Positions 26,118 to 38,204 of a DNA stretch of 64,000 nt are shown in pieces. Positions within the stretch are counted from its first letter, which is position 1, and every line of letters begins with the position of its first letter. Below the pieces are notes generated by a model. That model saw only the letters and a list, made by a program, of their open reading frames with translations. It had not been told where the DNA came from and searched no databases. The position numbers were made by a program, and so were the translations under genes. This DNA comes from Malacoraja senta (Eukaryota): contig CM075994.1 of NCBI GenBank assembly GCA_038087875.1, positions 10,542,001 through 10,606,000 on the forward strand, given 5' to 3'.

Positions 26118-26368
26118 CTAGAGAGACACACACACACAGCCATAAGAACAATTCCACCTTCGATGAAGTAGATGATATCAGCTTGCAAACATTTCGATCA
26201 GTCTATTGTAACAAGTACCGAGATACAGTGAATGTTTAAGAAGGAACTGCAGATGCTGGAAAATCAAAGGTAGACAAAAATGCTGTAGAAACTCAGCGGG
26301 TGAGGCAGCATCTATGGAGCGAAGGAAATAGGCAACGTTTAGGGTCGCAGAAGGGCCTCGACCCTTGT

Positions 26369-26882
26369 CATGGAGTCGGTATGTCAAGGAGGACTCTCTC
26401 GAACTTCTACAGGTGCACAGTAGAGAGCATGCTGACCGGTTGCATCGTGGCTTGGTTCGGCAACTTGAGCGCCCAGGAGCGGAAAAGACTGCAAAAAGTT
26501 GTAAACATTATCGGCTCTGACCTCCGTACCATCGAGGGGCTGCCTCAAAAAGGCTGCCAGCATCATCAAGGACCCACACCATCCTGGCCCACTCACTCAT
26601 CTCCCCGCTGCCTTCAGGTAGAGGTACAGGAGCCTGAAATCTGCAAACATCCAGGTTCAGGAATAGCTGCTTCCCCACAGCCATCAGACTATTAAACTCA
26701 ACTCAAACAAAACTCTGAACATTAATAGCCCATTGCCCTTTATCTGATATTTATGTGTGAATAGTATATGGACACACTGATCTGTTCTGTATTTATTCAT
26801 GCCTACTATATTCTGTTGTGCTGAAGCAAAGCAAGAATTTCATTGTCCTATCTGGGACACATGACAATAAACTCTCTTGAAT
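26369..26882 (+). mobile_element. Rex1/Babar-like LINE 3' fragment
   Basis: RTLSNFYRCTVESMLTGCIVAWFGN..RKRLQKVV; 3' UTR ends ...gacacatgacaataaactctcttga. Confidence 0.7.
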
Positions 26883-29327
26883 CTATTTCCTTCGCTCCAG
26901 AGGTACAGTGAATAGCTTTTCTTGTGACGTGCTATCCAGTCAGCAGATAGACTATACGTGATTACAATCAAGCAGCCAACACTATACAGATTCAGGATAA
27001 AGGGAAGGTAGACAAAAATGCTGGAGATACTCACCCGCTGAGTTTCTCCAGCATTTCTGTATCCTCCTTATGCTCTGGTATTTTATTTAATTCACATGTT
27101 TAATCAATAATGTTTTATTATTAATGTTTAATGTTTTATGTGTCATTCCTAACTGTCACTGTATGTCATGTTGCCACTTGCGGGCGGAGCACCAAGGCAA
27201 ATTCCTTGTATGTGAATACTTGGCCAATAAACTTATTCATTCATTCATTTGTGTCTACCTTCGATTCTTCTATGACCTGCAGTTCTTTCTTAAACGGGAT
27301 AAAGGAAATAATGTTTAGTGCAAGATGAAGTCCAGCAAAGGCCTAATTAGTTTAGTTTTGTTTAGAGATACAGAGTGGAAACAAGCCAGGAAACTGACCA
27401 GCGATCCCCGTGCACTAACACTATCCACACGCACTAGGGACAATTTACAACTATATCAAGCCAAATAACCTACAAATCTGTACGTCTTTAGAATGTGAGA
27501 GGAAACTAGAGATCCCGGAGAAAAGCTGCGCAGGTAATGGGGAGTATTCAGTATTTCTTTAATATCATTTCACTGAGTACTCGCATACACAGAGGAAACG
27601 AAAAAAACGTTGCTCAATCGTTACCATTCAGTGTAAAAAACAAAAGGATAATACATAGAGCTTTAAATTTAAATTACCATTCTTATAAAGAAAGTAGGCC
27701 TAAAAATTAACAATATAATAAAAACAGGCATTCTGATCGACAGTGGCTTCACTTTGACAGGTGCCTAACTGTCAAAGTATGGGCGCGCAAACTCCGAACA
27801 GACAGCACCCATAAATCAGGATCAAACTCGGGTTGCTGGCGCTGTAAGGAAGCAACTGTACCGCTGCGCCATCGTGGGTCTTCAACGCGGTAGATGGTAG
27901 GTCTCTAGTTGACGACAGAATGGTTTGGATGCCCAATAACGGCTGGGAAGAAATTGATTCCTCATATGCTGAGAGAATGGAGCAGCTGGGCTTGTGTACT
28001 CTGGAGTTTAGAAGGACGAGAGGGGATCTTATTGAAACATGTAAGATTATTAAGGGTTTGGACACGGTAGAGATAGGAAACATGTTCCCGATGTTGGGGG
28101 AGTCCAGAACCAGGGGACACACAGTTTAAGAATAAGGGGTATGCCATTTAGAACGGAGACAAGGAAACACTTTTTCACAGAGAGTTGTGAGTCTGTGGAA
28201 TTACTCCAGCTTTTTGTGTTTACCTTCGGTTTAAACCGGCATCTGCAGTGCCTTCCTACACAGAGCATCTCTCACCCAGAGAGTAGTGAGTCTGTGGAAT
28301 TCTCTGCCTCAGAGGGATGTGGAGGCCGGTTCTCTGGACATTTCAAGAGAGAGCTAGATAGGGCTCTTAAAGATAGCGAAGTCAGGGGAAATGGGGAGAA
28401 GGCAGGAACGGGAGGTACTGATTGGGGATGATTAGCCAAGATCACATTGAATGGCGGAGCTGGCTCGAAGGGCCGAACGGCCTACTCCTGCACCTATTCT
28501 GAATCTGTAGGTGCGAGTTTTCGCATTCTCGGCATTGATTCAGAAGCTAAGGTGCAAGTCAGAAAGTTCCCCCTTTTACTGCAGACTTAGTGACCCGTGA
28601 CTCTGCTTAGCTTTTGCCTCTCAGTAAAGAAGCACCTGGCTCTGCGCCCCAGCGCAAACAGGATTACAAACACCAGAATGCCGCGCTGGTTTAGAGAGCA
28701 AATCACAGATGTGAACGCTTGTCAAACCACATGGCACTGCCTTCTAATGGGCCATCTGTCAGGGGTGGGGTGGGGGGGAGATTACAGGAACAGGGCAGAC
28801 GTCTCAATTTACAATTGTAGCCGCTAACGAACAAATGGAAGCAGCTTGCGTTAATATATCCCCAACCCCAAATGCCAAATGTCATGAGAGTGACAGCCAG
28901 AGGCAGTTGACACAGTGAGATATAACGACCTCCACACGTTCAAGAGAGAGCTAGATAGATAGGGCTCTTAAAGATAGCGGAGTCAGGGGATATGGGGAGA
29001 AGGCAGGAACGGGGTACTGATTGGGGATGATCAGCCATGATCACATTGAATGGCGGTGCTGGCTCGAAGGGCTGAATGGCCTCCTCCTGCACCTATTGTC
29101 TATTGAGACCCTCTTCGCCTTCTTCTAGGGTCGAAAATCTATCCCCCATGAACCCCCTTGTTTTAAATAGAGATTTGTCTGCTTTCCATTGAATTCGCCC
29201 CCCTCTCCTCCTCTTTCCCCTCTCGCCCCCTTCCACTCCTCTCTACCCCCCTCTCCTCCCCCCTCCCCTCTCCTGACCCTTCCCCCCTTCCCCCCCTCCC
29301 CCCTCCCTCTCTCTCTCTCTCTCCTTC

Positions 29328-30572
29328 ACTGAACTTTTATCTCCTGTTCAGAATTATGTTTACATATTCTGGTGTGCTGCAGCAAGCAAGAATTTCATTG
29401 TGCTATCTGGGACACATGACAATAAAACACTCTTGACGTGTCTCTTTCCCCCCCCTTTCCTTTCCTTTCCTCCCCCCCCCCTCTCCTCTCCTCGCTTCTC
29501 CTCTCCACCCTCCCCCCCCTCCCTCTCCTCTCTCCCTACACTGAACTTTTATCTCTCGTTCTGTATTATGTTTACATATTCTGTTGTGCTGCAGCAAGCA
29601 AGAATTTCATTGTCTTATCTGGGACACATGACAATAAAACTCTCTTGACTTGATTCTTCCCCCCCCCCCCCCTCCCCTCTATCCCTACACTGAACTTTTA
29701 TCTCATGTTCTGTATTAGTTTACTATATTCCTGTTGTGCTGCAGCAAGCATGAATTTCATTGTCCTATCTCGACACATGACAATAAAACCCTCTGCACTT
29801 GACTTGTCCCCCCCTCCCCTCCTCCCCACACTGAACTGTCATTTCCTGTTCTGTACTGTTTACATACTCTGTGGTGCTGCAGCAAGCAAGAATGTCATTG
29901 TCCTAGTATCTGGACACATGACAATAAAACACTCTGGACTTGACTTGTCCCCCCTTCTCCTCCTCCCCACACTGAACTGTCATCTCCTGTTCTGTACTAG
30001 GTTTGGCATATTCTGTTGTGCTGCAGCAAAGCAAGAATTTCATTGTCCAGTATCTGGGACAAATGACAATAAAAACTCTCTCGACTTGACTCTTCCGCAC
30101 CCCCCCCCCCCCCTCTCTCTCCTCCAGTCCTCTCTCCCTACACTGAACTTTTATCTCATGTTCTGTATTATGTGACATATTCTGTTGTGCTGTGCAGCAA
30201 GCAAGAATTTCATTGTCCTATTTGGGACACATGACAATAAAACACTCTTGACTTGACTTTCTCCCCTCACTCTCCTCTCCCCCTACACTGAACTTTTATC
30301 TCCTGTTCTGTACTATGTTTACTTATTCTGTTGTGCTGCAGTAAACAAGAATTTCATTGTCCTAGTATCTGGGACACATGACAATAAAAGTCTCTCGACT
30401 TGACTCTTTTCCCCCCTCTCCTCTAGTCCTCTCCTCTCTCCCTACACTGAACTTTTATCCCCTGTTCTGTATTATGTTGACATATTGTGTGGTGCTGCAG
30501 CAAAGCAAGAATGTCATTGTCCTATTTGGGCCACATGACAATAAACCCTCTTGGCTTGTCCCTCTCCCCCCC
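29328..30572 (+). repeat. Array of 8 x ~115-bp units separated by variable C/T-rich spacers
   Basis: Units cactgaact...gacacatgacaataaaac..tcttgacttg start near 29328, 29539, 29688, 29829, 29969, 30141, 30286, 30445. Confidence 0.9.
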
Positions 30573-30584
30573 AGGCCTCCTCAC

Positions 30585-30875
30585 CGTTGGTGCTCCTGTC
30601 CACGACGTGCACGGCCCAGTCTCCGGCCGGGCTCCTGTCGGCCTGCAGCTCAGCGTGTACCCGGGAGATGAGCTGGTCGGCGCGGCCCGAGCTGAGGCGC
30701 AGGTGGGTGAGGTCGGCCTGGCGGCCCAGGCGGAAGGTGCAGCGCTGCCCGCGGGCAGGAAGGTGTACAGGTCGCTGGGGGAGGCCGGGCCTGGGCTGGA
30801 GCCGGGGCCTGGGCTGGGCTGGGGACCGGTGCCGATCCGCAGCAGCTGCAGACACGGCTGCACCTCCGACAGCAT
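30585..30875 (-). CDS. TCF19: TCF19 first coding exon (FHA N-terminal half); apparent -1 frameshift at 30748-30750
   Basis: MLSEVQPCLQLLRIG...DLYTFLPAG then, in another frame, QRCTFRLGRQADL...LISRVHAELQA...DWAVHVVDRSTNG, matching TCF19 PCFQLLRIG/DLYTF/CTYRLGHRADL/LISGIHAEL; donor gtgagg, phase 1. Confidence 0.92.
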
Positions 30876-30879
30876 CGTC

Positions 30880-31650
30880 GCTCTGTGGCCGGCGGCGGGA
30901 GGAGCCGGGCCGCCCTCACGTCATCAAAACCCGCGCACCCAACACCACCAATATACTACGTCATCGAAAACCCGGGGGGGGGACACTATAGGGTCACGTC
31001 ATCAAAACCCGCGTTCCCAACCCAACCAATACACTACGTCATCAAAATCCGGGGCGGGGGGCTAAGGGAGGGTTACGTCATCAAAACCGGGGGGGGGGGT
31101 CCGTTATCGAATTCGGGGTTCGGGGCAATCACGTCGTCAACATCGGGGCTCGGAGGGAGGGTGTTACGTCATCGGAATCGGGGCTCGGATGGGGCTGGTG
31201 GGTGTCACGTCATCGGAATCGGGGGTCGGGAGGTCGAACGTCATCGAAAGTAGGGTTCGGGTAAGGAGGAGGAGGAGGGGGGGGGGGTGTCACGTCATGG
31301 AAAGCCGGGGTCGGCGGCGATTGTCCGGTCACCCGGAGGACCGGGCGGCGATTGTTCGGTCACCCGGAGGACCGGGCGGCAGAACTGCGCTGTACATGGC
31401 GCTCGCTCCCATAGACAGCAGCAACTCCCGCGCTCTCCTCCTTCTGTTTACAGGAAATCGCCTTTGAAAATTGGCGCGCTGCGGCTGCCGGCGGGCGGGC
31501 GGGCTCGCATCGCGAGATCTCACGCTCCGCGCATGCGTGTCGGCGACCTAAGGGCACACGGGGGGAGGGGGCCGCCATCTTTGATGCTGGCGGACGTGAC
31601 CCTGGGCGCCAGGCAGAGCTGTCAGCAGCTGCTGTGCCCAGGGCTCCAGG
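30880..31650. promoter_or_regulatory. CpG island / TCF19 promoter region, possibly bidirectional with CCHCR1
   Basis: CpG-rich; TTTGAA (CHR-like, 31463-31468) next to TTGGCGCG (E2F-like, 31471); catcgcgaga (31508-31517); gcgcatgcg (NRF1-like, 31529-31537); gccgccatctt (YY1-like, 31571-31581); CCAAT boxes; ACGTCATC array. Confidence 0.75.
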
Positions 31651-31736
31651 CTCATGAGTGCTTCATTGTCATCTGTCACAGATGGAACAAATGAGATACT
31701 TTCTCCTCTCTCTCCCTCCCCTCTCTCCTCCTGCAG

Positions 31737-33848
31737 AATATAGTAAGTTACTGGAGAACAACAAAAACAATATTAAAAATACATGGAATGTATTAAATGC
31801 CATAATTAAAAAAGGAAATGGAAAGGCACAATACCCAAACCATTTCCTGTCTAAAAACAACACAATAATCACTGATATGGCCTCAGCTGCAAACGAATTC
31901 AACAAATTCTTTGTTGGTGTTGGTCTTGATTTGGCCGGAAAAATTGCAAAGACTGGTAGCAGCGATGGTGTAGAAAGTAAAGAGATATATGTGAAGGATA
32001 CAATATTTATAAGAGGGTCTGAAGAAAAAGAAATTATTGACACTGTAAAAAAACTCAAGAGTAAGATATCCACAGACTGTCATGATATTGACATGTTTAC
32101 AGTTAAAAACATTATAGAATGCATAGCAAGACCTCTGACTCACATTTGTAATCAGTCCCTTCAAACCGGTTTATTTCCCAACAAAATGAAAACAGCAAAA
32201 GTCATACCAATATATAAAACTGGAGACAAACATGTACTTTCAAATTACAGACCCATTTCATTGCTTCCACAGTTCTCCAAAATACTGGAAAAATATTTTA
32301 CATAAGACTGGATGAATTTATCACCAAACATAACATACTGTACGAACAACAATATGGGTTTTAGAGCTAACAGAACAACTTAATTTGCAATTATTGAATT
32401 TATAGAAAAAATTACTAAGGCAATAGAAAATAAAGAGTATGCAGTAGGGATTTTTTTGGACTTAAAAAAAGCATTTGACACCGTAGACCATGAGTTATTA
32501 ATAAAGAAACTACAAAGATATGGCATTAGAGGCATCGCACTATCATGGCTATTCAGCTACCTACAGAACCGGGAACAATATGTCGAAATACAAAACCATA
32601 AATCACAATTACTGCAGGTTACGTGTGGTGTGCCTCAGGGATCAGTGTTAGGGCCATTATTATTCATTTTGTCTATCAATAATATATGTGAAGTGTCAAA
32701 AACTCTTGAAACTATTCTCTTCGCTGATGATACTAACTTACTCTGCTGTGGAGACAACTTGGAACAGCTCCTGGATAGTATGGAAAAGGAATTGAGCAGG
32801 ATGAAGATCTGGTTTGACGAAAATAAACTCACATTGAATTTAAGTAAAACAAAATTCATAATATTTGGAAATCGATCAACCAACACAGAGAAAAAGCTCA
32901 TGATAAATGGCACAGAAATAGAAAGAGTATCTGAAATAAAAATTTCTTGGAGTATTAATTGACAACAAATTAACTTGGAAATCTCACATAAATTATATTA
33001 AAGCCAAAATATCCAAATCAATTGCAATACTGAATAAAGCCAGAGACCTACTAAATCAAGCCTCCCTGTATATGTTGTACTGCTCCGTCATACTCCCATA
33101 CATGATCTACTGTGTGGAGGTATGGGGAAACACATACAAAACAAATACACATCCAATCTTCATCCTCCAAAAAAGAGCAATACGAATTATACATAAAACC
33201 ACCTACAGACAATCAACAAAACCATTATTTATCAGACTAAAAACATTAAAATGTCAAGATCTGACAGATTATAAAACTATCCAAATTATGTTCAAAGCAG
33301 CTAATCAGCAATTGCCTTTTAATACCCAGGGGTTGTTCCAACGGAGAGAAAGCAAACACAACCTGAGAGGAACCTATATATTCGAAAAACCGGCAATAAG
33401 AACTAATGCAAAACTCCATTGTGTTACAGCAAAGGGTGTTAGTCTCTGGAATAACTGCCATGATGAGCTGAAAAAATGTAAGACTCTATTCAAACTAAAA
33501 ACAATCTTCAGAAACAAAAGATTGAATGGTTATGAGCTGGACCAGTGATTTTCTTTTCTGTTTGGTTATTTCTTGTTTGTGGACTGTTCAACAGATTTTG
33601 GGTCCATTTGTTCCCATTATTTTGTTTTTCCATGAAAATGTATAGAAAATAAGAGGGGGTAGGACCAGAAAAGTTTTCGAACTTCTTCTTACCCCTTTTG
33701 AACATGAACGATATTATTTGTATTATTTGAGTCACTTATTTGTTTGTTTTTCTTTGTGTTTTCTTTTCTTTTTATTGCTTATAAGTTTATTTGTGTTTGT
33801 ATTTTTTAACATGTTCAGTAAATAATAAAATTAAAAAATTAAAAAAAT
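31737..33848 (+). mobile_element. 5'-truncated AT-rich LINE (Crack/L2-group), RT with stops and frameshift
   Basis: YRPISLLPQFSKILEK, DLKKAFDTVDH, GVPQGSVLGPLLF, FADDT, YCVEVWGNT; A-rich tail at 33820-33848. Confidence 0.85.
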
Positions 33849-34048
33849 GTAAATATAGTATTAAAGAAGGAACTGCTGATGTTGGAAAATCGAAGGTACA
33901 CAAAAATGCTGGAGAAATTCAGCGGGTGCAGCAGCATCTATGGAGCGACGGAAATAGGCAACGTTTCGGGCCGAAACCCTTCTTCAGACTCTAAATAGGC
34001 AACGTTTTGGGCCGAAACCCTTCTTCAGAGTAAATATAGTACTCTATG

Positions 34049-35345
34049 TTGGAGGAGTGAGACCACACCTGGAGTATTGTGTGCAGTTTTGGTCCCCTAA
34101 TTTGAGGAAGGACATTCTTGCTATTGAGGGAGTGCAGCGTAGGTTCACCAGGTTAATTTCCGGGATGGCGGGACTGTCATATGCTGAGAGAATGGAGCGG
34201 CTGGGCTTGTATACGCTGGAGTTTAGAAGGTTAAGAGGAGATCTTATTGAAACATATAAGATTGTTAAGGGTTTGGACACGCTAGAGGCAGGAAACATGT
34301 TCCCGATGTTGGGGGAGTCCAGAACCAGGGGCCACACACAGTTTAAGAATAAGGGGTAAGCCATTTGGAACGGAGACGAGGAAACACTTTGTCTCACAGA
34401 AAGTTGTGATCTGTGGAATTCTCTGCCTCAGAGAGCAGGTGGAGGCCAGTTCTCTGGATACTTTCAAGAGAGAGCTAGATGGGGCTCTGGAAGATAGTGG
34501 AGTCAGGGGATATGGGAAGAAGGCAGGAACGGGGTACTGATTGGGGATGATCAGCCATGATCACATTGAATGGCGGTGCTGGCTCGAAGGGCCGAATGGC
34601 CTACTCCTGCACCTAATGTCTATACTCTGTAAACAACATAATAAACGAGAAAAACAATGTTCAGTGTGTGCATGTACATACATATAAAAACACAATGACA
34701 CATTTATGTTGCCTTCATAACGAGAGGATTTGAGTATAGGAGTAAATAGGTCCTTCTGCAGTTGTACAGGGCCCTGGTGAGACCAGATCTGAAGTATTGT
34801 GTGCAGTTTTGGTCTCCTAATTTGAGGAAGGACATCCTTGCTATTGACGCAGTGCAGTGAAGGATCACGAGGTTAATCCCCGGGATGGTGGGACTGTCAT
34901 ATGAGGAAAGATTTGAAAGACTGGGATTGTATTCACTGGAATTTAGAAGGATGAGAGGTTATCTTATAGAAACGTATAAAGTTATAGAAGGACTGGACAA
35001 GCTAGATGCAGGAAAAATGTTTCCAATGTTGGGGGAGTCCAGAACCAGGGGCCACAGTCCAAGAATAAAGGGGAGGCCATTTAAAACTGAGATGAGAAAA
35101 AAAAATTCACCCAGTGAGTTGTGGAATTGTGGAATTCCCTGCCACAGAGGGCAGTGGAGGCCAATTTACTGGGTGAATTTAAAAGAGAGTTAGATAGAGC
35201 TCTCGGGGCTAGTGGAATCAAGGGATATGGAGAGAAGGCAGGCACGGGTTATTGATTGTGGATGATCAGCCATGATCACAATGAATGGCGGTGCTGGCTC
35301 GGGGCCGAATGGCCTCCTCCTGTACCTATTTTCCATGTTTCTATT
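34049..35345 (+). mobile_element. Two CR1 LINE 3' fragments
   Basis: [18 protein letters not shown] motif twice, each with 3' UTR. Confidence 0.8.
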
Positions 35346-35491
35346 TACGTACAGATAGATACACATCTCGACCAGCACGCCCACCACCATCATAGTGCTG
35401 AGTGATGCTCTACCTAGAGCTTTACAGCGTATTACATCCAGATCCAGACGTAAAACAAACAATAATAGTACCAGAAGAAAAAACAATGCTC

Positions 35492-36740
35492 CCAAGTCAA
35501 GTCAAGTCAAGTCAAGTTTATTCGTCACATACGCATACGAGATGTGCAGTGAAATGAAAAGTGCACAACGGATTGTGCAAAAAAAACTACAAAACAGAAT
35601 GGAACAGAATCAGAATTACATATTTATGGGAGAAAAAAAAAAGAAGAAACAGCAATTTAAAAAGACACCACACAACAGTAAATTGGTACAGTAAGTTAGT
35701 CCCTGGTGAGATTGGAGTTTACAGTCCTAATGGCCTCTGGAAGAAACTCCTTCTCATCCTCTCTGTTCTCACAGCATGGCAACGGAGGCGTTTGCCTGAC
35801 CGTAGCAGCTGGAACAGTCCGTTGCTGGGGTGGAAGGGGTCCCCCATAATGTTGCTGTCTCTGGAGTTGCACCTCCTGATGTATAGTTCCTGCAGGGGGG
35901 CGAGTGTAGTTCCCATGGTGCGTTCGGCCGAACGCACCACTCTCTGCAGAGCCTTCTTGTCCTGGGCACAGCAGTTCCCAAACCAAATTGTGATGTTTCC
36001 AGACAAGATGCTTTCCACAGCCACTGAGTAGAAGCACTGGAGGATCCTCAGAGAGACTCTAAATTTCCTCAATTGTCTGAGGTGGTAAAGGCGCTGCCTT
36101 GCCTTACTCACCAGTGCGGCAGCGTGTGATGTCCATGTCAGATCCTCTGAGATGTGGACTCCCAGGTATTTAAAGCAGCTCACCCTATCCACAGTATCCC
36201 CATTTATCTTCAATGGTGGGTACGTCCTCGGATGTTGTGCCCTCCTAAAGTCCACGATCAGCTCCTTCGTTTTTTTGACATTCAAGAGGAGGCTGTTGTC
36301 CTGACACCAGAGTGCCAGATCAGTCACCTCCTCCCGGTAGGCCTTCACATCACTATCGGAGATCAGGCCCACCACCACAGTGTCATCGGCAAACTTGATG
36401 ATCGAGTTGGAGCTGAACCTGGCCACACAGTCATGTGTGTGCACTGGGAGTACAGTAGGGGGCTGAGGACGCAACCCTGGGGAATCCTGTGCTCAGGGTG
36501 AGGGACTTCGATGTATTTCCTCCCATCTTGACTATCTGGGGCCTGGCGGTGAGAAAGTCCAAGACCCAGGCACACAGAGGGGTGTTGAGCCCCAATTCCA
36601 GCAGCTTCTTGGCCAGTCTGGTGGGGACTATGGTGTTGAAGGCTGGAGTGATGTCTATGAACAGCATCCTCACGTAGCCCCCCTTCTGGCTGTCAAGGTG
36701 AGAGAGAGCGGTGTGTAAAACCTGGGAGTCTGTGTAGTTC
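35492..36740 (-). mobile_element. Rex1/Babar LINE RT fragment
   Basis: RMLFIDITPAFNTIVP, IIKFADDTVVVGLISD..YREEV, KTKELIVDFR; (acttg)n tail. Confidence 0.85.
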
Positions 36741-36744
36741 GGAG

Positions 36745-37824
36745 CTCCTAAATTCTAGCAAGTATAAGCCAAGTCTATCCAGTCTTTCTTCATATGAAAG
36801 TCCTGACATCCCAGGAATCAGTCTGGTGAACATTCTCTGTACTCCCTCTATGGCTATAATGTCCTTCCTCAGATTTGGAGACCAAAACTGTACGCAATAC
36901 TCCAGGTGTGGTCTCACCAAGACCCTGTACAACTGCAGTAGAACCTCCCTGCTCCTATACTCAAATCCTTTTGCTATGAAAGCTAACATACCATTCGCTT
37001 TCTTCACTGCCTGCTGCACCTGCATGCCTACTTTCAATGACAGGTGTACCATGACACCCAGGTCTCGCTGCATCTCCCCTTTTCCTAATCGGCCACCATT
37101 TAGATAATAGTCTGCTTTCCTGTTTTTGCCACCAAAGTGGATAACCTCACATTTATCCACATAAACATAGTGTGTCGGAAAGAACTGCAGATGCTGGTTT
37201 AAAGCGATGGGAGACTCAAGGTAGATGTCCCTACTGCAGTTGTACAGGGTCTTGGTGAGACCACACCTGGAGTATTGCGTACAGTTTTGGTCTCCTAATC
37301 TGGGAAAGACATTCTTGCCATAGAGGGAGTACAGAGAAGGTTCAGCAGACTGATTCCTGGGATGTCAGGACTTTCATATGAAGAAAGACTGGATAGACTC
37401 GGCTTGTACTCGCTAGAATTTAAAAGATTGAGGGGGGATCTTATAGAAACTTACAAAATTCTTAAGGGGTTGGACAGGCTAGATGCAGGAAGATTGTTCC
37501 AGATGTTGGGGAAGTCCAGAACTAGGGGTCACAGTTTAAGGATAAGGGGGAAGTCTTTTAGGACCGAGATGAGAAAAAAAAATTCACACAGAGAGTAGTG
37601 AATCTGTGGAATTCTCTGCCACAGAAGGTAGTTGAGGCCAGTTCATTGGCTACATTTAAGAGGGAGTTAGATGTGGCCCTTGTGGGTAAAGGGATCAGGG
37701 GGTATGGAGAGAAGGCAGGTACAGGATACTGAGTTGGATGATCAGCCATGATCATATTGAATGGCGGTGCAGGCTCGAAGGGCCGAATGGCCTTCTCCTG
37801 CGCCTATTTTCTATGTTTCTATGT
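36745..37824. mobile_element. Two CR1 fragments in opposite orientations
   Basis: ORFs 36693-37160 (-) and 37362-37598 (+) encode overlapping CR1 ORF2 C-terminal sequence. Confidence 0.8.
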
Positions 37825-38204
37825 CTGAAGAAGGGTCTCGACCCGAAACGTCGCCCACTCCTTCTCTCCACAGACGCTGCCTGCCCCGCTGAGTTACTCC
37901 AGTTTTTTGTGTCTATCTGCAACATTTATACATACAAACATACAGATAAAAACAAACAAACAATAATGGTGCAAAAAGACCCAAACCAATGCCTGTAAGT
38001 AGGGGGAGGGCGCGGGGACAAAGAAAGTCACAGCACTTTGCGACTGTAGGGCTGAGAAGACTTTGAGAGAGAGCGTTAGCATAGTTGGTGTTGGTGGGAC
38101 CGAGACGTCGATGCTGGCGATCTCCAGCCGGAGGACGGACGGTGAGACACATGGGCGGGTGTTGTGGGTGAGGGAGGGACACGGGCTTGGCGCTGGTGGG
38201 AGGC

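Noticed and set aside
29328..30572. CRISPR array
   Set aside because: Units are ~115 bp and diverged, spacers are low-complexity, there are no cas genes, the context is a vertebrate intron, and the unit matches a LINE tail.
30915..31305. CRISPR-like periodic repeat
   Set aside because: The conserved unit is only ~8-15 bp within a CpG island; better explained as a degenerate minisatellite or TF-site cluster.
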